64,000 bases of DNA from an uncultured Spirochaetota bacterium. GTDB taxonomy: Bacteria; Spirochaetota; Brevinematia; Brevinematales; JAOACQ01. The notes below the pieces were generated by a model. It had not been told where the DNA came from. It ran no database searches and saw only the letters and a program-made list of their open reading frames with translations. A program made the translations under genes and the position numbers. The stretch lies in assembly GCA_963768055.1 (NCBI GenBank), contig CAVYGN010000002.1:256001-320000 (forward strand), in the 5' to 3' direction. This document shows positions 1 to 8,762 of this stretch, one piece after another (positions within the stretch are counted from its first letter, which is position 1; each line of letters starts with the position of its first letter).

Positions 1-2238
1 CAGCAACTCGCTGAATGAGAGCGGAACCTGATGATTAAATTCGGCTGTGCCGATGCTGATCTCGATTTTATAGGGCCTTCCGCTTTCCCGATTGAATTTT
101 TCCAGATTTTTATAAAGCTTGGTTTTGATAATATCCTCGTTTACAATAGAGCTATCGATTACTATCATTGTAAATTCATCACCGCCCATGCGGGCGATTA
201 TATCCGATTTTCTAAAAGAATCATGAAGGATTTGTGAAATTGATATTATCGCATTGTCCCCTTCCTTGTGCCCGTAATTATCGTTTATTGATTTTAAATT
301 ATCCATATCCGCGAAAAATAAAATAAAGTTATTTTTATTCCTTATAGATAATCTGATCTGCTGTTCCCCGAGCTGCTTGAATCCCCTTCTATTGTACAAG
401 CCGGTTAATTCATCAGTGAGAGAGAGATTATACAGGTTGTTGTTGATATGTTTAAGTTCTTCAAGGGTATCGCTTAATTTTTTCTCGGCGTTTTTCTGGT
501 CTTTGAATATCAGAGCGCCTTTTATGGAACTCGAAATCTGGCCGCTCAATGTGGAATAGACCAGACCTTTTGTCGTATCGGTATCGAAGATTATAAACCC
601 GAATATTTCATCGCAGAAAAAGAGCGGCTCTATTACGAACCCGTATCTTTTTTCTTTTACGCGAAGTATTTCCGGCAATAATTCTGTGGAAAGGAACAAC
701 CTGTCGCTGTCGTCGATCTTTTCCATTTTATTGTTATAGGCAAAAATCAATCTGGCCCATTCAGGCTCTCTGTCATAGTCCGGAAAATAATTCTGCTGCC
801 TGTCGAAGAAGGATATATAGCATGATTTTATTCCGAGGGCCGGAAGTTGTCTTTCGATCGTGGCCATCAGTTTGTCGATATCGAACATAGTGATCAATGT
901 CTGGCTTATATTATATAAAATTGTTGCCTGTTTTTCCCCGAGGATACGTTTAAACAATGTCCTTCGCTTTACTGTTTCACCGATCAGGATCGTGGCTGAA
1001 TACCAGATTTCCGAAATCCTGTTAAGAGTTTCATAATCAGCGGTAAAAAACTGGATCTGATGTTTTAGCGAGGCTAATATCCCATGCCAGACAGAGACAT
1101 CCATATAGCCGTTAGAGGTTTCGCTCAATACATCATTTAGTGTTTTCAGGAAAACTTTTTCCCCGCTTTCAGAATTAAAAAGCTGTTCTGTAAAGGCGGC
1201 GAGGAGTCTTCCGATATAGTTTTTGATTTCCCTGTTATTAAGATCCGCTGCATTAACAGACCGGAGGGCCTCTTTTATTATGTTCTCTTTATTCTTCTTT
1301 AACGCTATCCCGATTTCTTCGCTGTTCAGGAAAATTGACTCCTCCTTGATTTTTGTTTGAACGAAATCAGAACAGCCGCATGAGTACCTGACTACAATAT
1401 CAGTTTCAGGGGTAATAACCATAGGTACGTCGTTTCCGGCTATTTTCGCCAATACAATTTCTACCGCGATTTCGCCCAATTTAACGGTCGGCTGTTTAAA
1501 TGTGGTAAGGGGAGGATCGAAGGCTTCAGCTTCTTCAAGATCGTCAAATCCGGTAACGGCCACGCTTCCTGGCACCTGGATCTTTTGCCTTTTCAATTCC
1601 GCAATCACCCCGAAAGCCATGCTGTCGTTCGCGCATATTATAGCTTCAGGTCTCTTTTTGTTTTTATCGAATATTGTCCTGACTGCTTCGATTCCTGAAG
1701 GCTGTAAATAATCTCCGACGGCTACAAGGCCCCGGTCGAAAGAAATTTTATTTTCTTCCAGGGCGTTTTTATAGGCGTTCAGCCTGTCTTCAGCCTCAGG
1801 GATGCCTTCCGGGCCGCTGACAAATGCGATATTCTTAAATCCATGCGTTTTTATGAGGTGTTCGGTCAGTTTCTTAATACCGTTGTAATTCTCCACCAGG
1901 ATACTCGGGATATTTTTGAGCGGCCATCCGATGCTTACAGTGGGTATCGGATCGAATTTTTTATGAAATTCCAGGACCTTATCGTTATTTGTGTAGGTTC
2001 CTATCGATCCTGTAATTATTAACCCGTCGAAGTCTTTTTTGCTGATCAGGTTATAGATATAATTACGCCGGCTTTCAAATTCGTTGTTAGGATTACGCTC
2101 AAGTGTTCCCCCCACGAAACAAACCAAGTTCGCGCCATGTTTTTCCGAGCCTTTGACAACACCTTCCCAGATGGCGGTCTGGTAATTGCCAAGGCTGACC
2201 AGACTGTCAACAAGAAAACCAAGAGTAGGAATTTTCAT
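1..2238 (-). CDS. LacI-type periplasmic-binding-protein sensor domain fused to GGDEF diguanylate cyclase (3' end runs off window)
   Basis: Not in ORF track; read manually from ATG at 2238: MKIPTLGFLVDSLVSLGNYQTAIWEGVVKG...; near left edge LSLTDELTGLYNRRGF and ARMGGDEFT. Confidence 0.85.
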   Translation of the reverse strand, partial: MKIPTLGFLVDSLVSLGNYQTAIWEGVVKGSEKHGANLVCFVGGTLERNPNNEFESRRNYIYNLISKKDFDGLIITGSIGTYTNNDKVLEFHKKFDPIPTVSIGWPLKNIPSILVENYNGIKKLTEHLIKTHGFKNIAFVSGPEGIPEAEDRLNAYKNALEENKISFDRGLVAVGDYLQPSGIEAVRTIFDKNKKRPEAIICANDSMAFGVIAELKRQKIQVPGSVAVTGFDDLEEAEAFDPPLTTFKQPTVKLGEIAVEIVLAKIAGNDVPMVITPETDIVVRYSCGCSDFVQTKIKEESIFLNSEEIGIALKKNKENIIKEALRSVNAADLNNREIKNYIGRLLAAFTEQLFNSESGEKVFLKTLNDVLSETSNGYMDVSVWHGILASLKHQIQFFTADYETLNRISEIWYSATILIGETVKRRTLFKRILGEKQATILYNISQTLITMFDIDKLMATIERQLPALGIKSCYISFFDRQQNYFPDYDREPEWARLIFAYNNKMEKIDDSDRLFLSTELLPEILRVKEKRYGFVIEPLFFCDEIFGFIIFDTDTTKGLVYSTLSGQISSSIKGALIFKDQKNAEKKLSDTLEELKHINNNLYNLSLTDELTGLYNRRGFKQLGEQQIRLSIRNKNNFILFFADMDNLKSINDNYGHKEGDNAIISISQILHDSFRKSDIIARMGGDEFTMIVIDSSIVNEDIIKTKLYKNLEKFNRESGRPYKIEISIGTAEFNHQVPLSFSELL

Positions 2239-2361
2239 AATGCCTTATTATAAGCAAACGCTTGAATTTTTACAATAGGGCTGGAATAAATATGAAATCT
2301 GTATTAAAATCTATAGGATAGCGGTACATCACAGCTGGAGAGTCGGTCACAGGAGCTTATA

Positions 2362-2805
2362 GTGGAAATAATAAGAGACGCTATAGAAAACGATCTGCCG
2401 GGAATCGTTGAACTATATAAGCAATTAAACCCCGGGGACGATTATGAGGATAAAGAAAAATTAAACTTATGCTGGAAAGACATCATAAGTAATCCCGGAT
2501 ACATCCGCTTTTTTGTAGTAGAGATTGACAGGGTTATTGTCTCAGCTTGCAATATCGCTATAATTCCAAATTTAACCAGGGGGATCCGCCCCTTTTCAGT
2601 AATCGAGAATGTAATTACGCATTCAGGCTACAGAAACAGGGGTTACGGGAAAAAGGTTATTAATAAAGCGATTGATTTCGCAAAGCAAAATAACTGCTAT
2701 AAGGTAATGCTGCTCTCCAATGAAAAAAGAAAAGAAGCGCATAGATTCTATGAAAATCTGGGTTTTAATTCGAAGGATAAAATCGGATTTTTTATATATC
2801 TATAG
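2362..2805 (+). CDS. GNAT family N-acetyltransferase
   Basis: IENVITHSGYRNRGYGKK acetyl-CoA motif A; AHRFYENLGF. Confidence 0.9.
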   Translation: MEIIRDAIENDLPGIVELYKQLNPGDDYEDKEKLNLCWKDIISNPGYIRFFVVEIDRVIVSACNIAIIPNLTRGIRPFSVIENVITHSGYRNRGYGKKVINKAIDFAKQNNCYKVMLLSNEKRKEAHRFYENLGFNSKDKIGFFIYL

Positions 2806-3034
2806 GGCTCTTTTTTCCAGAATGGCCCGGTATTGGAGATGTATTTATGCCGGCGATCCTTTTAACATTTTACATCAGACCTGCATTTTTGTGTTTAGAA
2901 AAGTTTCAAAATTATAAAGAAAGTGTGAGCTTTAATCATCATACCGATAAGCAATCGTTATCGTTTTTTGTGTCTTTCCATTTACAACTGTATAATAATC
3001 CATAAAATAATTGAAATATTTTGGAAAATTTAAT

Positions 3035-3191
3035 ATGGAATACAACTTTGAATGGGATCCGAAAAAAGCAAAATGAAGAAAAGAATTTATCCTTTGTGGA
3101 AGAAATAGCTGAAAAAAAAACGGACATAGGAACCGTAGTAAATGAATTAATAAAACAAGACATGGAAATTGCTGAATATGTAGAAAAATAA
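3035..3191 (+). pseudogene. Deleted BrnT toxin / cognate antitoxin remnant
   Basis: MEYNFEWDPKKAK* (BrnT-type N-terminus) joined out of frame to NLSFVEEIAEKKTDIGTVVNELIKQDMEIAEYVEK*, which resembles an antitoxin C-terminus. Confidence 0.6.
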
Positions 3192-3246
3192 ATGCAATTC
3201 ACCTTTATAATATAAAATACATTCAATAAAAATAAAGGAGATACTT

Positions 3247-3432
3247 ATGCCGGTGATCACAGTTGAAATGACTCATCAAACAAAGGAAAAGAAAAAAGAG
3301 ATAATCGAGAAACTGACAAAAACAATGGTCGAAATAACCGATATTCCCGCCCAGGCGTTTACGGTGTTTATAAATGAATACGACAGGGAAAGTATAGGAG
3401 TCGGCGGAGTGCCCTTATCCGAGCGCAAGTAA
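3247..3432 (+). CDS. 4-oxalocrotonate tautomerase family protein
   Basis: 61 aa, catalytic Pro1 (MPVITV), C-terminal GVGG; AAGGAG RBS. Confidence 0.9.
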   Translation: MPVITVEMTHQTKEKKKEIIEKLTKTMVEITDIPAQAFTVFINEYDRESIGVGGVPLSERK

Positions 3433-3538
3433 GGCCAGGACCAGGGTAATAAGAATTGTTCGATATTTGCAGAAAAATAGGGAAACTCTCGCCTTTTTTG
3501 AGTCATCTGGGAAATCTCAGATATACTCCCTCATGTTT

Positions 3539-3567
3539 TTGACAAAACATAACTTTACGATTAATAT
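3539..3567 (+). promoter_or_regulatory. sigma70-like promoter
   Basis: TTGACA-N17-TAATAT upstream of the 3580 gene. Confidence 0.5.
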
Positions 3568-3579
3568 ATTTGGTATTTT

Positions 3580-4920
3580 ATGGAGGGACTGATGATTAGA
3601 GTTTTGTCTTATTTCCTGGCGATCTCTTTTCTTTTCCCCGGAATTATGCTGCCGCAGAAACTCGAGATGAAATCGGCTACGGTCGCAGGGTTTATAAACA
3701 GGGGCAAATCAAGCAAAGATAATATAAACCTTCTGATGGGCCGGTCGCTGACCACTTTCCTGATGAAAATATCGAAGAGCATCACGCCGTTCAGGGATGT
3801 GCAAGATTCTGCGGGAGCAAGCGGCTTCTGGGGGCAAAAGGAACTGAACAGTTCGCAGGCGATCAATATAGCGCAGCAGTTCTCAACGGAACAGGTAATA
3901 ACGGGCGATTACCTGGTAAACGATCAAAAAGATACGATAACGATCAATGTTTATGTATATAACGTAGTAAACGGAGAATTGCTATTCAAGCGGAATTACA
4001 AGGGGGACGCCGGTCCTGAAATATTCGAAACCATCGATAAAATGATACTCGACATATCGGGCCTGCTTGTCGGGAAGACCATTTCGATCGGGTACTTTAA
4101 ACTCGATGTTAAGCCGGATAAAACGAAGTACAGGCTGTTCATCAACGATTCGTTCGTGAAACTTGTCGGCAGCGGGGACGGATACTTCGACAAGTTTATA
4201 TCCGGGCAATCTATAGATATAAGCCTGAAACCGGAGAAGTCGGACGATGAGGCGCTGAGAAAGATAATAGAGATCAAAAGCGGGAAAACGAACGAGTTAG
4301 TCTACAACCCTTCAGGCGTTTTAATAGTCGAAGCAATGGAAAGCGGCATCGACGTTTATCTTAACGGAGCAAAGATCGGGAAAACTGATAGCTCGGGGGA
4401 ATTTATCATCCAGGGTATTGAAGCAGGTAAAGATAACGGGATAACCTTAAAAAACGGCAATTCCTTTTTATCCGGGACGAATATAAATATTAGGGAAGGC
4501 TCTACGAAAGTTGTTGTTTTTAAAACATCTCCTGTTCCGGTTGTCGATTATAAACAATCCGAAGAAATAGAGATTCAGGGTGATAACCCGAATGGCACAA
4601 AATATATTGCAGGAACATCCGGCTTTTACAGGTTTAGCATAGTCAGGGGCTGGTATAGAAGAAATTTAAATGGTATTCTTCCCCCATCAACAGCAATTGC
4701 CGTTTATACGAACCGGAATATTATTTGGTCAGGCGAGAGTTGGGGACAGCCGAAAAACTTTGATTATTATTTGGGAAGTAAAAAAGCGGGAACAAATGGG
4801 AATCAGTCCTTTACGGTTAATTTGAAAAAAGACGATTATGTGATTTTTATTGCGCAAAATGGTTATGGAGATTTCAATAGATTTGAAGGTAAAATTTATT
4901 TATCTGTTACCCATGAATAA
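3580..4920 (+). CDS. Secreted protein: TolB-N/CsgG-like N-domain, PEGA-like beta domains, lectin-like C-terminal domain (paralog of 41197..42537)
   Basis: Signal peptide; VITGDY...INVYVYNV motif; GIDVYLNG PEGA-like motif; long identical stretches shared with the 41197 ORF. Confidence 0.6.
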   Translation: MEGLMIRVLSYFLAISFLFPGIMLPQKLEMKSATVAGFINRGKSSKDNINLLMGRSLTTFLMKISKSITPFRDVQDSAGASGFWGQKELNSSQAINIAQQFSTEQVITGDYLVNDQKDTITINVYVYNVVNGELLFKRNYKGDAGPEIFETIDKMILDISGLLVGKTISIGYFKLDVKPDKTKYRLFINDSFVKLVGSGDGYFDKFISGQSIDISLKPEKSDDEALRKIIEIKSGKTNELVYNPSGVLIVEAMESGIDVYLNGAKIGKTDSSGEFIIQGIEAGKDNGITLKNGNSFLSGTNINIREGSTKVVVFKTSPVPVVDYKQSEEIEIQGDNPNGTKYIAGTSGFYRFSIVRGWYRRNLNGILPPSTAIAVYTNRNIIWSGESWGQPKNFDYYLGSKKAGTNGNQSFTVNLKKDDYVIFIAQNGYGDFNRFEGKIYLSVTHE

Positions 4921-5016
4921 TAAGCGGCTATTGAAGGCCGACTCATTATAGCGGTTCAGACAGGCGCCCGTTTCAATGCAATTCACATACATTGATAAAT
5001 ACGCCAATCCCCTCCC

Positions 5017-5109
5017 CTTTGCGTTCTTTGCACCCTGGCGGTGATCCCCAGGAGGATTTCTCGTCGCCCTGCCGGGCTCCTCGAAACGACATCTGTGTCT
5101 CCCTGTAAA
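5017..5109. repeat. Cluster of three REP-like / inverted-repeat arm remnants
   Basis: 9-bp periodic CTTTGCGTT-CTTTGCACC-CTGGCGGTG; GATTTCTCGTCGCCCTGCCGGGCTCCTCGAAACGACA; TCTGTGTCTCCCTGTAAA (17/18 to reverse complement of 45846-45863). Confidence 0.6.
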
Positions 5110-5170
5110 ATTCGTTTACTTGCTTTCTATCCGTTTATTCAATAAAATTTATTAATAAAAGGAGCGTCCT

Positions 5171-6142
5171 ATGAAATACTTTTTAAAATTCATCTCATTT
5201 ATCGTTATCCTGGCGGCAATTTTATCCTTTAACACCCCGGTTAAAGCGGATGACATTCAAAAAGTGATGTTCTGGGGGATCTTTAACGACCAAGTCAAAT
5301 TCAAACTTGACGATATGGATAAAATGTACGGCAAAAAGCCGGCGATAATCATGTGGTATATAAACTGGCGAGACGATTTTCCGGGCATTTACTGCACTTT
5401 ATTGAACCGGAAGGGCTATATGCCCCACATTGTCTGGGAGGCCTGGTACGGAGGCAATATGAATTCCATCAAACTGGCCGACATCCTCGGCGGCAGATGG
5501 GACGCCTATATTCAGAATTGGGGAAAAGCGGCAGGGGAATTCGCCAAGCCTCTCATGGTCCGCTGGGGCCATGAAATGAACGGCAACTGGTACCCATGGA
5601 GCGGCCCGCTGAACGGCAACTCCCCCGAGACTTATTTAAAAGCGTACCGCTATGTCCATGATATGGTCGTGAAGGCCGGCGGAACCAATGTTATATGGCT
5701 CTGGTCTCCTAACTGCGGCAGCGTTCCGGCCGACCCGCAAAACCAGGCGAAAAATTATTACCCGGGGAGCGGCTACGTCGACTGGATAGCGGTGGACGGG
5801 TATAATTGGGGAAAATCCCAGGTATGGTCGAGCTGGGAAAGTTTCGACGCCGTTTTCTCGAAGTCGCTTGGCGAGTTCAATTCTTTCGCTCCGGACAAGC
5901 CTGTAATGATCGGGGAAATGGGCTGCAGTTCCACAGGCGGAAATAAAGCGGAATGGATAAAGGGGTTTTTTGCTTCCGTTAAAGAGAGGTATCCTTCCGT
6001 TAGGGCATGGATCTGGTTCGATATAAATAAAGAGACCGACTGGCGCTTCGAATCGGATGATGAAAGCCTGGAGGCTTTCAAGGCAGGGATTGCAGACCCG
6101 ATATATTCTACAGATTTAAATGCTCTCGCTGTCGTACATTAA
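5171..6142 (+). CDS. Secreted glycoside hydrolase family 26 (beta-mannanase-like)
   Basis: Signal peptide; RWGHEMNGNWYPW acid/base motif; YYPG..YVDW.AVDGY; KPVMIGEMG nucleophile motif. Confidence 0.9.
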   Translation: MKYFLKFISFIVILAAILSFNTPVKADDIQKVMFWGIFNDQVKFKLDDMDKMYGKKPAIIMWYINWRDDFPGIYCTLLNRKGYMPHIVWEAWYGGNMNSIKLADILGGRWDAYIQNWGKAAGEFAKPLMVRWGHEMNGNWYPWSGPLNGNSPETYLKAYRYVHDMVVKAGGTNVIWLWSPNCGSVPADPQNQAKNYYPGSGYVDWIAVDGYNWGKSQVWSSWESFDAVFSKSLGEFNSFAPDKPVMIGEMGCSSTGGNKAEWIKGFFASVKERYPSVRAWIWFDINKETDWRFESDDESLEAFKAGIADPIYSTDLNALAVVH

Positions 6143-6153
6143 TTGGAGGCCCG

Positions 6154-7191
6154 ATGAAAATTTCTTCTTTAGCGGTCAACACGATAAGAACAATTATGAT
6201 AGACGTTCTTATAAGCGCATCGGTAAGTCTCTTCGTGCCTTTTTTTATCATGAGAAATCCCACCCTAAAAGTTTTTGCAGGGTCAGCTTGCATCGGCGCA
6301 TCATGCGCCCTGACCATTATCCTGATCTATACTGTGCTGACATCCAGGCGGATCCGCTGGTCAAATCTCTTTCTCGAACTTGTCGCCACCTCATTTTTAT
6401 ATGTTCTGGATCTGGCTTTTTTCACCTTTCTGTTTCTCTATATTTTCGATATGTTCGGAATTAAATCACAAACAGGCGGTAATCCTCTAAAACTTCTCCA
6501 AAATCCAATTTTTGTTTTAAGCATAATTGCAGGAGGTATTATAACCATATTATTTCTCTTTATGAACAATATCAACACAATGCTCGGCAGGGGGGTGCTG
6601 GGAAAGATCCTTACCGGGCGGTACCACCATCCGAAGGAGGAAGAGAGGATATTCATGTTCCTCGATATCGCCTCGTCGACATCCATTGCGGAAAGGATAG
6701 GCCATATGCGTTTTCTGTCCCTTCTCGACGACTTTTTCTTCGATATCGCCGAAGCCGCGCTCCATGCGCATGCCGAAATTTATAAATACGTAGGCGACGA
6801 GGCGATCCTTGTATGGAAAATGAAGGAGGGGATTAAAGACGCAAACTGCATAAACTGTTTTTTTTTGATGAAGGAAAATATTAAAAAAAATAAGAATAAA
6901 TATATCCGCAAATACGGGCTTGTCCCCAAATTCAAGGCGGGGCTCCATGGCGGCATGGCTGTCGTCGGGGAAATGGGGCTCATAAAAAGGGAGATCGCGT
7001 ATATAGGAGACGTCGTGAACACGGCGGCCCGGATAGAGGGGGAGTGCAATTCCTACGGTGAAACCCTCCTGATTTCGGGCGATATTTTCAGTAAGATAAA
7101 ACTTCCTGAATCGATTAATAAAAAAGATATAGGCAGGGTGAAACTTCGGGGAAAGGAGCAGGAAATAGAGCTTTTTGCATTATATTCTTGA
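6154..7191 (+). CDS. Membrane-bound class III adenylate/guanylate cyclase
   Basis: N-terminal TM helices; FMFLDIASST, KYVGDE, AYIGDVVNTAARIE. Confidence 0.9.
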   Translation: MKISSLAVNTIRTIMIDVLISASVSLFVPFFIMRNPTLKVFAGSACIGASCALTIILIYTVLTSRRIRWSNLFLELVATSFLYVLDLAFFTFLFLYIFDMFGIKSQTGGNPLKLLQNPIFVLSIIAGGIITILFLFMNNINTMLGRGVLGKILTGRYHHPKEEERIFMFLDIASSTSIAERIGHMRFLSLLDDFFFDIAEAALHAHAEIYKYVGDEAILVWKMKEGIKDANCINCFFLMKENIKKNKNKYIRKYGLVPKFKAGLHGGMAVVGEMGLIKREIAYIGDVVNTAARIEGECNSYGETLLISGDIFSKIKLPESINKKDIGRVKLRGKEQEIELFALYS

Positions 7192-7215
7192 ATAATCAAA
7201 GGCTTCAGGAAGGCT

Positions 7216-8025
7216 TTAGATCTTTCGTTCCCGCCACCATGCTATTATGCTCAGAATGCCTACGGCGGCTGTGGGCAGGGCGATGCTTACAAGCCCGTAA
7301 CGCCTTGTCAGGTAGGCGCCGAACCCCGCTCCGATCATGAATCCCAGCAGGGGAAATCCCGATTTCCTTGCGTTGCGGGCGGCGTCATGCTTTATCTTAT
7401 CACGTTCTTTCCTGTCGGGGATTGACGGCGGAAATGCAAAATCGACGAAATCGATAGTGAACTGCGTAAGATTGCCGGTCATGATCGTAGTCTGTGAAAA
7501 GCTCCTGAGCGCGCCCCGCATCAAGGCGTTCTGAACCCCCATCGCGATAACGCCAAGACCTCCTATCACTGCGACCCCCCATGAACCCGGATTATTCGCA
7601 TATCGGTATAAATAAGTACCGGCCAGTGTGAAAAGGGCGAGCGCCAGGGTCATCAGGGAAAGCAGGGGAGCAACCGTTTTTGCGCCCCGCCGCTTGATCG
7701 CCCGCGCGAAAAGCGATACCGCCGCGACGGAAATCATAAAAATCGGGATCATAGCAAGGCGGACAACGGCCCCGCCGTTGAGCTTCTTCGCGAAGCTGAC
7801 AGCAGCTATTATCAGGTCGCCTGTCACATGCGCGGTAAAAAGTTCGAAAAGCGCGAGAAAGCCAGACGTATCTACAAATCCGGCAACCGTGCTCAATACC
7901 GTCGATCCGAAATATTCGCCCACAAGAACCTTCGGCACATGCTTTGCCGTCATGTAAATCGAATCCTGGCTCCGGTCTATAATAGAACCGGGCCTGTCAC
8001 TTATTCCTTTCTTCGATCTCGGCAT
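7216..8025 (-). CDS. YoaK/DUF1275 family membrane protein
   Basis: AGFVD..GF...LFTAHVTG; AMGVQNA; TTIMTGNLT. Confidence 0.85.
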   Translation of the reverse strand: MPRSKKGISDRPGSIIDRSQDSIYMTAKHVPKVLVGEYFGSTVLSTVAGFVDTSGFLALFELFTAHVTGDLIIAAVSFAKKLNGGAVVRLAMIPIFMISVAAVSLFARAIKRRGAKTVAPLLSLMTLALALFTLAGTYLYRYANNPGSWGVAVIGGLGVIAMGVQNALMRGALRSFSQTTIMTGNLTQFTIDFVDFAFPPSIPDRKERDKIKHDAARNARKSGFPLLGFMIGAGFGAYLTRRYGLVSIALPTAAVGILSIIAWWRERKI

Positions 8026-8129
8026 ATATTATAGAAACTCCTATCCAATGTATCCGGCGACCCCCCAGAACTGGAGCTTCAGGCGGTTTATATCTAATAT
8101 AAGAATAAATAATAGAGTATATACTTATT

Positions 8130-8628
8130 CTATAATATATAGCCTGTTGTAATTCCTATACCTAAATTAAAAGGGGTAAAACCATTGCCGAAATCCATAT
8201 AACAATTCAAACCGACATTAAACCTATCGATTGTAAACCCGATTTCAGGACAAACTCGAAAAGTTAAATCCAATTCCCGGAAATCAGTCTGGAATGTATT
8301 TTCATAGATACAGTAATCATTTAAGCAAAATTTACCGGCTCCTTTAAAATAAAAATAATCATTGACATAAAATGTTAAAGCCAATCCGGTAAGAAATTTT
8401 GCTTCGTAACTCAATGTCCCATAATAATCTCCGACTTTATCGATGGTTTCACCGCCGGGCGTATATCCTAATTGAATCGGCAGACTGAGAATAAGACGAA
8501 ACGGCAGCCGGTACGGCGACAGAGGACACGATGAGATCGCCCGGAGGTTCGTTTAACCCGATAATAAGCGAACATGAAGAAGCGACTATAATAGCGGCAA
8601 TTGCAGCCAAATATTTTAGGCCTTTCAT
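8130..8628 (-). pseudogene. Chimeric remnant: lipoprotein N-terminus joined out of frame to the C-terminal part of a probable outer-membrane beta-barrel protein
   Basis: ATG 8628 with GGAGG RBS gives MKGLKYLAAIAAIIVASSC... which stops after about 59 codons; another frame carries an alternating aromatic beta-strand pattern ending ...NLGIGITTGYIL. Confidence 0.5.
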
Positions 8629-8762
8629 ACCGGCCTCCGCAACTTAACAGATTATATATTAAATAAAATAATTACTCAATTTTGGACAATTCTATTGTAG
8701 CTAATTGCAATTTAAAAATCTCCGATTTACAATAATTAATATCGCTCAATTCGGGAGGCAAT

